Assembly (NCBI GenBank): GCA_002311345.1
Contig: DCAA01000023.1
Coordinates: 59,494 to 123,493, forward strand
Direction: 5' to 3'
DNA from: Planctomycetes bacterium UBA1146
GTDB taxonomy: Bacteria; Planctomycetota; UBA8108; UBA1146
DNA length: 64,000 nt
Part shown: positions 36,230 to 45,493 of the stretch, in pieces
How positions within the stretch are numbered: position 1 is the stretch's first letter
Layout: every line of letters begins with the position of its first letter
Notes under the pieces: model-generated
The model's database searches: none
Told to the model about the DNA's origin: nothing
What the model saw: only the letters and a program-made list of their open reading frames with translations
Made by a program: the position numbers and the translations under genes

Positions 36230-39024
36230 TGTCCTCCATCGGTTTTGATGTTCCCGCCTGGCTTCTGGTCCTGATCCCCGCACTCGGCTGTGTGATTTAT
36301 TTCACTGCCAGGAGTCGAGCTGGTCTGCCGGTGGCTGTTCAGCGGCTGGCGCTATTGCTCAGGGGCATGGCGATCATTGCCATCATTTTGGGCCTGGCTC
36401 GAATGGTTCACCTCTCCGGGGGAGAGGGACTGAGCATCCTGGTGCTGAGAGACCTGTCGGCTTCGGTTCCTCGACTCGTCAGCGATGAAATCGTATCCGA
36501 GACTTCGAAGCGTCTCGGGTCTCTCGAGTTTCCGGACCAGGTCGGCTTTGTCTCTTTTGGCAAGGATCAGCAACTGGAACAGCCGATGGGTCTGAGGCTT
36601 GGGCCGGGAGTTTCTTCCCAGGTCGACAGGAACGGGTCTGACATCGCGGCTGCATTGAGGTACTCGGCGAGCACTCTCGAGGGCAGCGCACCGGGTGGTG
36701 CGCGCCGCATCGTACTCATCAGTGATGGGAACTCGACCGAGGGAGATCCTGTACAGGAGGCGAAAAACCTCGCCACAGCGGGAATCGTGGTCGATGTTCT
36801 TCCGGTGCACTACGAGCACCAGCATGAAGTGATCGTGGAAAATGTAGAAGTTCCGGAGACGGTCCGTCCCGGGCAGACCTTCTCGGTGGACTCGGTGATC
36901 TGGTCGAGCGGGGATGCCTCAGCGACGGTGGTCCTCTCCGAGCAAGATCGCATCATCGAACGGCGTCCGGTCCAGCTCTCTGAAGGTCGAAATCGTATCA
37001 CTTTCGGGCTCGGCGCCACTTCTTCACCTCTGAGAAGACTGCGTGTCACTGTTTATCCCAACGATGGCACAGATTCGCTCGAGCAGAACAACTCGGGACT
37101 GGCTCTGGTGCGGACGATACAGCCCCCGCGGGTGCTGATCGTTTCCGAAGATCCGGACGATACTCTCGCCAGGATTCTCGCCGAGGGCAGCATCCTGGCC
37201 GATGTGGTTTCTCCCCAGCACGTATCAGCGATTGCGGAGGATTACCTGGGAATAGAGGCGGTGATCCTCGACGACGTGTCCGCCTTCGACCTCGATCCGA
37301 CACGGATCGAACTGGTGGAGAAACTGGTTCATTCCACAGGTATGGGTTTGTTGATGGTAGGAGGCCCCTCTTCTTTCGGAGCCGGAGGATGGCGTGGCAC
37401 GAAAGTAGAGGAAGCACTGCCGGTGAAGATGGACATCCGGCAACGCAAGAAACTTCCCAATGGTGCGCTCGCCGTGATCCTCCACACCTGTGAGTTCGCT
37501 CAGGGAAATCTATGGGCCCGTCGCATCGCTGTTGCTTCGCTGGATGCCTTGACGGCGCAGGATTATTTCGGTGTGCTTCTCTACGACAGCGGAGTTGATC
37601 GCTGGGGGATTCCGATGCAACTGGTTGCCGATCAGGAATCGATCCGGTCTCAGATCAATTCGCTATCTCCTGCGGATATGACCAGATTTTCTCCGACGAT
37701 GCAGATGGCCCTCCAGACGCTTCTTCCCGTCGATGCTCACTCCAAGCATGTCGTGGTCATCTCGGACGGAGATCCTCCTCCTCCCACCCAGAGCCTTATC
37801 GATGCTTATGTCGAGTCGGGGATCCGGATCTCGACCATCTGTATACAGCCGCATCCGGGACCAACAGGCCCCGCCACCATGAAGAAGATCGCCCAGGATA
37901 CGGCGGGGAGATACTACTTCGTCGATGATCCCGCGATGCTGCCGCAGATCTTCTTTCGCGAGGCGTTGACGGTGCGCCGGAATCTGATCACCGAAGAGAC
38001 TTTTACGCCCAGTATCGTGGAAATTGCCGATCCGATCCGGGGACTCGCCTCAGCAGGATTTCCACCTCTCCACGGTGTCGTATTGACGACCGTGAAACCT
38101 CTCTCTCGATTGGTTCTGGTCAACGACGAACAGGATCCCGTCCTCGCACTGGGCAGGCATGGATTGGGCAAAACCGCCGCCTTTACTTCCGATGTACGAT
38201 CGCGCTGGAGTGCAGACTGGCTCTCCTGGAGTGGCAACTCGACCTTCTGGAGTCAGTTGATTCGATCCATTTCTCGCGAACTGGATTCGGGTGTTCTGGA
38301 AGTCTCTCATCAGGTGGAGGGGGATGTGGGAACCATCGTCATCGATGCCATCGACCCGGAAGGCCGTTTCATCGATGGTCTCGATGTGAAAGCTGTCCTG
38401 GTCGGCCCGGATCTCTCCGAAGAATCCGTGGTCGTGAACCAGGTGGCACCTGGCCGTTACGTTGGCAAGTTTGCGGCTGTCCAGGAAGGGTCTTATTTGC
38501 TACGGATCGATCATGATGATGGTCAGGGAAACAGAGGAGGGCAGACGAAGGCAATTTCGGTCGGATATCCGGCGGAGTATCGCACATTGAGAAGTAACGA
38601 TGACTTGCTGCGGCGGATTGCCGAGGCTTCCGGTGGGCGGATTCTGTCTGGAAGCGATGATCTACTCGACCGCTCCTTGCCGAAAAAAAGAGATCGGAAA
38701 CCGCTCTGGTCAATCCTTGCCATCATCGGCCTTGGCCTGTTCTTTCTCGACATCGTGATCCGACGGGTCCAGTTCAAGATTCCGCGCAGAGGTCTTCGAC
38801 GAGAGGTGACCGTCCCCCTCGACGAGAGCGTCGAGGGGCGCAAAGAACGGTCACGGAGGCCGATCATCGGACGCGCACGGAGGGTCGTCTCTGGCGCCAA
38901 AAAAACGGGGTCCCGGCCGGAGAAAGATGATCCGGATGGCGCTTCCGAGGAGCCGGTGGGGCGTTCTGAGGAATTGCAGAAATTGATCGAGGCCCGCAAG
39001 AGAAGGCGAAATCGAGGCAGATGA
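36226..39024 (+). CDS. BatA-N-terminal/vWA-domain membrane protein with a GATase1-like middle domain
   Basis: N-terminal double-TM segment (PAWLLVLIPALGCVIYF, MAIIAIILGLARMV). The vWA MIDAS motif D-L-S-A-S and VLISDGNSTEGDP are present. The middle region has VLIVSEDPDD...LLMVGGPSSFG. A second vWA-like domain and a C-terminal TM follow. Confidence 0.75.
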   Translation: MMSSIGFDVPAWLLVLIPALGCVIYFTARSRAGLPVAVQRLALLLRGMAIIAIILGLARMVHLSGGEGLSILVLRDLSASVPRLVSDEIVSETSKRLGSLEFPDQVGFVSFGKDQQLEQPMGLRLGPGVSSQVDRNGSDIAAALRYSASTLEGSAPGGARRIVLISDGNSTEGDPVQEAKNLATAGIVVDVLPVHYEHQHEVIVENVEVPETVRPGQTFSVDSVIWSSGDASATVVLSEQDRIIERRPVQLSEGRNRITFGLGATSSPLRRLRVTVYPNDGTDSLEQNNSGLALVRTIQPPRVLIVSEDPDDTLARILAEGSILADVVSPQHVSAIAEDYLGIEAVILDDVSAFDLDPTRIELVEKLVHSTGMGLLMVGGPSSFGAGGWRGTKVEEALPVKMDIRQRKKLPNGALAVILHTCEFAQGNLWARRIAVASLDALTAQDYFGVLLYDSGVDRWGIPMQLVADQESIRSQINSLSPADMTRFSPTMQMALQTLLPVDAHSKHVVVISDGDPPPPTQSLIDAYVESGIRISTICIQPHPGPTGPATMKKIAQDTAGRYYFVDDPAMLPQIFFREALTVRRNLITEETFTPSIVEIADPIRGLASAGFPPLHGVVLTTVKPLSRLVLVNDEQDPVLALGRHGLGKTAAFTSDVRSRWSADWLSWSGNSTFWSQLIRSISRELDSGVLEVSHQVEGDVGTIVIDAIDPEGRFIDGLDVKAVLVGPDLSEESVVVNQVAPGRYVGKFAAVQEGSYLLRIDHDDGQGNRGGQTKAISVGYPAEYRTLRSNDDLLRRIAEASGGRILSGSDDLLDRSLPKKRDRKPLWSILAIIGLGLFFLDIVIRRVQFKIPRRGLRREVTVPLDESVEGRKERSRRPIIGRARRVVSGAKKTGSRPEKDDPDGASEEPVGRSEELQKLIEARKRRRNRGR

Positions 39025-39983
39025 TTGCTCAGATCCCTTGCCGGGGTCCCACCGTTCTCGAAGGTCCGGTTGACGATCGACTCCCTTGGCCGCAGCATCC
39101 GTGGATATCCCCGGGAATTGAACACGGGGAGGGAGGCCTTTTGTCCTCGCGAGCATCCTCATCATCCGTTCCCACCGATGAACGGACCCTCTCCACGGCA
39201 CCGCTTACGGTCGTGGCGGCGGCCCTGAACGAGCGGGAGAACATCGAACCATGGCTGGAGAATCTCTCCTGGGTCGATCGAATCGTGGTCGTCGATCACG
39301 GCAGCATCGATGGTTCTCGTGAGATCCTCGAATCACACCCGTCGGTGCAGGTGATCGATGCCCCCGCCGGAGAGGGGTTGGTCGAAGATATCCGCAGGAT
39401 GGGGCTGGAGGAGATCACGGATGGATGGATTCTCGTGCTCGATCTGGATGAGCGTGTGACCGATGAACTCCGTGACGAGGTCGAGGAACTGCTGGAAAGG
39501 CGGCCTTCTGAAAGTGGTTTTTCCATCCCGTTTCGCCATTACCTGCTAGGTCGATGGTTGAAACATGGTGGCTGGGCGGACCACCATCTGCGCCTATTCA
39601 AGGCAGGCCTGGGAGATTACCAGCCGGGATTGATCCACTCCGATGCGATCGTGGAAGGAACCGTGGGCCAGTTGAAGGGCAAGATTCTACACTTCGCGCA
39701 TCCGACGATTCACGATTTCGTGACCAGGATGAACCGTTACACGACTCAGAGTGCTCCGGCTCTGGCACGTGGTGAAGTGGGGGGATTGAGAAAGCGTCGC
39801 ATCTTGCCACACTCCCGGCTTTCGTGGTTGAGGGCAAGTGCTTCCGTCTTCTGGTGCAGGTACTTCAAGGATCGTGGCTTCAAGGATGGGATGCCTGGAT
39901 TCATCACAGCAGTATTGCTCGCCGCATATATCTTCATCGAGCAGTCGAAGGCGTGGGAATACCAACTGGAGTTGCATCGATGA
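39021..39983 (+). CDS. Family 2 glycosyltransferase
   Basis: LTVVAAALNERENIEPWLENLSWVDRIVVVDHGSIDGSREIL...LVLDLDERV has the GT2 N-terminal pattern with a D-x-D-like motif. The start shares an ATGA overlap with the upstream gene. Confidence 0.8.
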   Translation: MIAQIPCRGPTVLEGPVDDRLPWPQHPWISPGIEHGEGGLLSSRASSSSVPTDERTLSTAPLTVVAAALNERENIEPWLENLSWVDRIVVVDHGSIDGSREILESHPSVQVIDAPAGEGLVEDIRRMGLEEITDGWILVLDLDERVTDELRDEVEELLERRPSESGFSIPFRHYLLGRWLKHGGWADHHLRLFKAGLGDYQPGLIHSDAIVEGTVGQLKGKILHFAHPTIHDFVTRMNRYTTQSAPALARGEVGGLRKRRILPHSRLSWLRASASVFWCRYFKDRGFKDGMPGFITAVLLAAYIFIEQSKAWEYQLELHR

Positions 39984-42214
39984 ATGACCACGACCAGCAA
40001 AGAAAAAATTCAGGGATCATGCGGTTGTTGAGGTACGCGCTTCCATACCGCGGTCTGATTGTGGCGATCATCGCGCTGATGGTGTTCTATTCCGCGGCAA
40101 ACAGTTTACGCCTTGCTGCCGTTGGTCTCGTCATCGATGGAGTTGTATCGCCTTCAGAGGATGGACAGCGTGGACGCACGATCACGATATTCGAGGACTA
40201 CGTGCTTCCGTGGTTGCCCGGGAACCTCGAACTTTCCCACCAGAGTGAGGAAGTGTTCCAGATCCAGCGAGCGCAACTGGTAGGGGATATCGGCACTCTA
40301 TCCGGCTCGACAGTCAGGTCCCTCGAGCATGGAGTTGTCGTCGATGCAAACCTGATCAGCGGTGGTTCCCTCCAGTCGCTGGCCGGTTCGAGGATCGAGA
40401 TCAAGGGAGGTGTCATCGGTGAGTTCCGTAGGCTCACGGATGAGGAACTTGAGCGGTTCGGGCTCGATTTCCGATCGCCGGAAGAGGTCTCAACGACGGC
40501 GGTGCTCTCCATCGGTGAGATCACGGGTCCGGCTACCTTGCATATCTACAATGGCGAACCCGGTTCAGGTGCCATGAAGTTACTCTGGTTTGCTGCCGGA
40601 TTCATCGCCGTACTGTCTCTGGTCGTTGCACTTTGTAGTTTCTACCGATTGGTCTTCGGTCAGAGGGTTCGGATCCAGGTCATCATCGATATTAGAAATG
40701 CACTCTTTTGTCATCTGTCGAGGCAGTCTCTCGATTACTTCGAATCTCGTCGTCACGGTGATGTGATCTCGAGATCTGTCGGAGACGTGGCCAGTGTTTC
40801 GGCGTCGGTCCAACTTCTCTTCGGTGAGTTCCTGCAGAGTCCTCTGACAATTCTCTTCTCACTGGCAGTGGCATTCATCGCTTCTTGGCAGATGACTCTG
40901 GTCATGATTCCCCTGATGTTATTGCTGGCATTGCCGGTCTTCAGGCAGGCGAGGCGCGTCAGGACTCGTTTCAGGGGAGCACTCTCCCATGCCGGCGAGA
41001 CCACCGAAGGACTTTCCCAGTTGTTGTCGGGGATCCGGGTGGTGAAGAGTTTCGGCCTGGAGAGCCAGCATCAGGCCCAGTTCGAGCGAACCTCCGATGC
41101 TCTGCAGCATGCCCTCGTGAGAACCGAGATCGCCAGGGCCAAGGGTAGGAGTCTTGTCGAGGGCCTCTACAACTTGCTTTCAGCTGTTGCCATTGCGGTC
41201 GGTGGCTGGGCCGTCATCAACGGTTGGTTACAGATTTCCTTTGGTGATTTCGCGGTCTTCCTGGTCGCGATGCTTTCCTGTTACACCCCTGTCAAGAACC
41301 TTGCCAGGATGGCGACGACGATCGGGGAATCGCTGGGCGCAACGGATCGCATCTTCGAAGTTCTGGACACTCCGTTGACGGTTGTAGATCGTCCTCATGC
41401 GAGAGCAACGCAGCCTTTTTGTGATCAGATCCAGTTCCAGAATATCTGGTACCGATACGGGGAACAGGATCAGTACGCACTCGAAGGGATAGATTTCTCG
41501 GTGCACAAAGGGGAAAGGGTGGCCCTGGTTGGTCCTTCAGGAGCAGGAAAGTCGACCATCTTCGATGTGCTTGCCCGCTTCAGGGAACCGACGAAAGGTC
41601 GGGTGCTCTTCGACGGGGTTGACTATCTCGAGTTGACACATTCGTCATTGCTGGAGCAAATTGCCATCGTTGGGCAAGATTCCTTCCTGTTTCATTCTTC
41701 GGTCAAGCAGAATATCCGAGGAGGTCGAACGGGTGCATCCGATGCCGACATCGAGAACGCAGCCAGGGCTGCTTCGGTTCACGAAGAAATCCTCGCTCTC
41801 CCCGATGGATACGACACGATCATCGGAGAGAGGGGAGACCGGCTATCGGGCGGGCAACGTCAACGCATCACCATCGCCAGGGCGATCCTCAAGGATGCTC
41901 CGTTGCTGTTACTGGACGAGGCGACCGCATCACTCGATTCCGAAAGTGAACAGAGGGTTCAACGAGCTCTCGAGGAGTTGATGCGAGAACGAACGGTCCT
42001 GGTGGTGGCTCATCGGCTATCGACGGTGAGGGATGCAGATCGGGTTCTGGTGCTCGAGAAAGGGCAAATCGTTGAACAGGGGACCGATGATTCTCTTCGT
42101 GCCTCAGGGGGTCTCTACGCGCGCATGAGCGCCCTCCAGCAAGTGGGATTGGCTGAGGAAAGCCAATCAGGGCGGCCGGATTCAGCCACCACCCTCGGTC
42201 CATCAGAAAAGTAA
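39980..42214 (+). CDS. ABC exporter, fused permease/ATPase (MsbA-like) with an enlarged first periplasmic loop
   Basis: Walker A GPSGAGKST, signature LSGGQRQR and Walker B LLLLDEATS are present. Six-TM exporter core. ATG 39980 overlaps the GT2 stop (ATGA). Confidence 0.85.
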   Translation: MNDHDQQRKNSGIMRLLRYALPYRGLIVAIIALMVFYSAANSLRLAAVGLVIDGVVSPSEDGQRGRTITIFEDYVLPWLPGNLELSHQSEEVFQIQRAQLVGDIGTLSGSTVRSLEHGVVVDANLISGGSLQSLAGSRIEIKGGVIGEFRRLTDEELERFGLDFRSPEEVSTTAVLSIGEITGPATLHIYNGEPGSGAMKLLWFAAGFIAVLSLVVALCSFYRLVFGQRVRIQVIIDIRNALFCHLSRQSLDYFESRRHGDVISRSVGDVASVSASVQLLFGEFLQSPLTILFSLAVAFIASWQMTLVMIPLMLLLALPVFRQARRVRTRFRGALSHAGETTEGLSQLLSGIRVVKSFGLESQHQAQFERTSDALQHALVRTEIARAKGRSLVEGLYNLLSAVAIAVGGWAVINGWLQISFGDFAVFLVAMLSCYTPVKNLARMATTIGESLGATDRIFEVLDTPLTVVDRPHARATQPFCDQIQFQNIWYRYGEQDQYALEGIDFSVHKGERVALVGPSGAGKSTIFDVLARFREPTKGRVLFDGVDYLELTHSSLLEQIAIVGQDSFLFHSSVKQNIRGGRTGASDADIENAARAASVHEEILALPDGYDTIIGERGDRLSGGQRQRITIARAILKDAPLLLLDEATASLDSESEQRVQRALEELMRERTVLVVAHRLSTVRDADRVLVLEKGQIVEQGTDDSLRASGGLYARMSALQQVGLAEESQSGRPDSATTLGPSEK

Positions 42215-42410
42215 GTTCGGTGATCAAATTTTGTCAAGTATCGATCCGGCAACCATTGCCGGGCCAAATTTCCACATTTAGCCGCATTTTTGAGCCCTTC
42301 TGAGGCCATTCAGCCAATTACCTGGAGGATTTGGCCCAGAGATTGCTTATTAACAAACAGCGAAGGGAGTTCAATTCCCTGCTCAATGATCAGACTCTTC
42401 CTCGCTGTAT

Positions 42411-42459
42411 GGGAGTGTGGTCGCCGAAATCCCCTTTCGGCGGGCACCTCCCTTTTTTT
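42411..42459 (+). terminator. Rho-independent terminator (long interrupted stem plus T7)
   Basis: GGGAGTGTGGTCGCCGAAA-TCCCC-TTTCGGCGGGCACCTCCC pairs as 8 bp inner, 3 bp middle and 5 bp outer, followed directly by TTTTTTT. It lies about 200 nt after the nearest plus-strand stop. Confidence 0.6.
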
Positions 42460-43607
42460 CACCCCGCCAGGGTCCCCACCACCTCGTGGATGGCGGTGAC
42501 GACACGGGTCGGATCCCCTTCTTGAAGACGATGATGGATCGGGAGAGCGACCACCATTCGAGCCGCCGATTCTGCTACCGGGAAATCTCCCTCGACGTGT
42601 CCCAGGTGCGCGAAACAGGCCTGTTGAGGAAGGGTGCTTGGATAGTAGACGGCGCTATCGATCCCACGCTCCGAGAGTTCTTCTCGCAGTCGATCTCGTG
42701 CCTCGAGACGGACGATGTACTGGTGCCAGCAGTGATCGGAACCGTCTGTGCGACCGAGCGGGGTCACTCGTTCGATCAGGTCCAAACTTCTCAACGCTTC
42801 GGCGTACTCGTTGGCATTGCGAGTTCGAACTGCTTGCTGTTTCACGAGCCTGTCGAGACGTACTGAAAGTATGGCTGCCTGGAATCCATCCATGCGAGCA
42901 TTCCAACCCATAATGTCGTGACGATATCCCCCGACATCTCCATGTACGCGAAGAGATCGGATCCTGCCAGCAAGTTCGTCGTCCTGGCACACGATCATCC
43001 CTGCATCCCCAGCAGCTGCGAGGTTTTTTGTTGGATAAAAGGAATAGATACCGGCAGCACCGATGGCACCTGCGGGTTTTCCGCGATAACGGACACCGAA
43101 TGCCTGAGCGGCGTCCTCGACGATGGGAATCGAGTATTTGACCGAGAGTTTCAGCAGCGGGTCCATCGCGGCAGTTTGACCATAGAGATGGACAGGCATG
43201 ATCGCTGCAGTCTTTTCATTGATCTTGTCGGCGACATTTTGTGGGCAGATGCATAACGTATCAGCATCCAGGTCCACGAAGACGGGGGTGGCTCCCAGTT
43301 GGGCGATCACCGAGGCGGTGGAGAAAAAACTGTATGCCGGCAGGATCACCTCGTCTCCTGGTTTTACCCCCACGGCGGCGAGGGCCACCTTCAATCCATC
43401 GGTACCACTGGAAACGCCGATGGCATGGGGGATACCGAGAAACTCCTGGCAGCGGAATTCGAACCGTTCGGTTGCCGACCCCAGGCAGAAGGAACTCTCA
43501 TCGATGGCCCTTTCCAGAGCCTCGATCCATTCTCTCTTTTCCTCGGGATCATCGGGACCAACGGCGAACATCCTGATTCGATCGGTGTCGGACAAGGGAG
43601 CCTCCAT
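42459..43607 (-). CDS. DegT/DnrJ/EryC1/StrS-family PLP-dependent sugar aminotransferase
   Basis: AIGVSSGTDGLKVALAAVGVKPGDEVILPAYSFFSTAS is present, and a later ...FYPTKNL... holds the PLP Lys context. The start is ATG 43607 or TTG 43646. Confidence 0.85.
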   Translation of the reverse strand: MEAPLSDTDRIRMFAVGPDDPEEKREWIEALERAIDESSFCLGSATERFEFRCQEFLGIPHAIGVSSGTDGLKVALAAVGVKPGDEVILPAYSFFSTASVIAQLGATPVFVDLDADTLCICPQNVADKINEKTAAIMPVHLYGQTAAMDPLLKLSVKYSIPIVEDAAQAFGVRYRGKPAGAIGAAGIYSFYPTKNLAAAGDAGMIVCQDDELAGRIRSLRVHGDVGGYRHDIMGWNARMDGFQAAILSVRLDRLVKQQAVRTRNANEYAEALRSLDLIERVTPLGRTDGSDHCWHQYIVRLEARDRLREELSERGIDSAVYYPSTLPQQACFAHLGHVEGDFPVAESAARMVVALPIHHRLQEGDPTRVVTAIHEVVGTLAG

Positions 43608-43609
43608 GG

Positions 43610-44578
43610 TCAGCAGATACTGGTCTGGTTCTGTGACGTGAACCAATTGACGAAACGATCGAGACCCTCCGCGATGGATACTTTAGGTTCGTAGCCGAGC
43701 CTCGCACGGGATTTTTCCAGACACGCACAGGTCTTGGATACGTCGCCTGAATGCTCGGGTTGTCTTTCGATGGAGTATTCGAGGCCACAACTCCTACCGA
43801 TTCCTTCGATCAGTTCATCCAGGCGGATGCCCTGATGGTTTCCCAGATTGAAGATCTCGAATCCAGCGCATTTGTCGAGTGCCAGAAGAGTGCCATCAAC
43901 GATGTCATCGATATAGGTGTAATCCCGTTCTGAAGAACCGTCTCCGTACATCGATACCGGCTTCCCTTGCATGATCATTGAGCAGAAGCGGTGAATTGCC
44001 ATCCCGGGTCTTTGGCGGGGTCCGTAGACGGTGAAGTAGCGCAAACAGGAGATGTTGATGCCGAATATCTGGTTGAAGGAGTTGCACAACAATTCCCCGG
44101 CACTTTTTGTCGCAGCATAAGGAGAAGCAGGTTGATCTACCGAATCGCTTTCCTTGAAAGGAGTTTCGATTCTGTCTCCGTATACAGAAGAAGAAGAAGC
44201 GAAGATGAAATTTTCGATCGAGTAGTCGCGTGCCATCTCGAGGATTTGAGCGGTACCGTGGAAGTTCACATCTGCATATGCTGCTGGACTCGTCATCGAG
44301 GAGCGAACCCCTGTTCTTGCAGCCAGGTGCATCACTGCCTCGATTCTGCGGGTTTTTGCCACATGATCGAGCAGTGACTTGTCACGGATATCTCCCTCGA
44401 TGAGATCGAACCCTGCCCGCTCGGTGAGGGCTGCGATATTCGAACGCTTCAGTGCAGGGTCGTAGTCCGGTTCGAAGGAATCGAGGCATATAACAGCATC
44501 GCCTCGATCGAGCAGACGCTGACAGATGTGGCTACCTATGAAACCAGCTCCACCGGTAACGAGTACGTTGCTGCTCAC
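43610..44578 (-). CDS. NAD-dependent nucleotide-sugar epimerase/dehydratase (SDR family)
   Basis: VLVTGGAGFIGSH Rossmann motif and the YAATK catalytic Y-x-x-x-K are present. GTG 44578 is preceded by GGAG. Confidence 0.85.
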   Translation of the reverse strand: MSSNVLVTGGAGFIGSHICQRLLDRGDAVICLDSFEPDYDPALKRSNIAALTERAGFDLIEGDIRDKSLLDHVAKTRRIEAVMHLAARTGVRSSMTSPAAYADVNFHGTAQILEMARDYSIENFIFASSSSVYGDRIETPFKESDSVDQPASPYAATKSAGELLCNSFNQIFGINISCLRYFTVYGPRQRPGMAIHRFCSMIMQGKPVSMYGDGSSERDYTYIDDIVDGTLLALDKCAGFEIFNLGNHQGIRLDELIEGIGRSCGLEYSIERQPEHSGDVSKTCACLEKSRARLGYEPKVSIAEGLDRFVNWFTSQNQTSIC

Positions 44579-44665
44579 ACCATCTCCTTTTGCCGATAAT
44601 CTCCAGTGGGGATTCTAGTGGAGCACTCGAATCGCTGCCAACGGGGTCGCTGAATATGCACCAAT

Positions 44666-45394
44666 TTATCCGGGAATCTGGTATCGCGTTGGATCCTCGA
44701 TTCCTGCCTCCTCGAATCCTCGTCTTCTCAAACCACAGGAATCACAGATTCCGCAAGCAAGTCCCTGTGGATCCGGGTCATAACACGAGAGAGTGAGCGA
44801 CAGGTCCACTCCCAGATCCGTTGCGGTCTCGATGATCTGCGCCTTCGTCAGATTCACCAGCGGAGCCTGGATTCGCCACCAGGGTTGCTCGCTGGCACGA
44901 GATCCCTCACGGGTTCCCAGTTCGGCAGTGTCGAGGAATGAAGCGAGGAACTCGGGGCGGCAGTCGGGGTATCCACTGTAGTCGAGGGCATTGACGCCGA
45001 TCCAGATGTCTCTCAATCCTCTGGCTTCAGCAACGGCGATGGCCAGCGACAGAAAAACCAGGTTGCGAGCGGGAACATAGGTGGCGGGAATTTCCTGGCG
45101 AGAGGTGGCTCCCTCCTGTGGCTCCTCAGGAATGGGAACCGTTCCGAGCAGCGCGGAACCGCCGATGCGGTCGAATGGAACATCGAGAACCAGTGGCTGC
45201 TGGAGATCGAGTGAGGCAGCGATCTCGTGAACCCGCTCGATCTCGATGGCATGTGTCTGACCGTACCGGAACGTCAGGGGAAGAGGACGACAGCCGCGGG
45301 ACACACAGATGGCCAGCATAGTGGTCGAATCGAGGCCTCCGCTGGCGAGAGCCACACAATCGGTTGCTAGTGGATTGTCCTGTGCAGAAACCAG
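44666..45394 (-). CDS. queC: 7-cyano-7-deazaguanine synthase
   Basis: The VALASGGLDSTT PP-loop and the C-terminal Zn cluster CYDPDPQGLACGICDSCGLR are present. The start is uncertain (CTG 45394 after GGAGG, TTG 45439 or GTG 45355). The ORF-track start at 45811 runs into the divergent GT4 gene. Confidence 0.8.
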   Translation of the reverse strand: MVSAQDNPLATDCVALASGGLDSTTMLAICVSRGCRPLPLTFRYGQTHAIEIERVHEIAASLDLQQPLVLDVPFDRIGGSALLGTVPIPEEPQEGATSRQEIPATYVPARNLVFLSLAIAVAEARGLRDIWIGVNALDYSGYPDCRPEFLASFLDTAELGTREGSRASEQPWWRIQAPLVNLTKAQIIETATDLGVDLSLTLSCYDPDPQGLACGICDSCGLRRRGFEEAGIEDPTRYQIPG

Positions 45395-45493
45395 CGATTC
45401 CTCCTCGTGGTACGATCTTTCCCGGTCGTATATCCTCAACCATCGTGGTCGGCAAGTACCGGGGATGGCCCAAATGTGGACTTGGGGGATTTT

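Noticed and set aside
42364-42392. tRNA-like T-arm string AGGGA-GTTCAAT-TCCCT in the msbA/DegT spacer.
   Set aside because: The loop is not the canonical TTCRANY. I could not build an acceptor stem, D-arm or anticodon arm from the flanking 60 nt.
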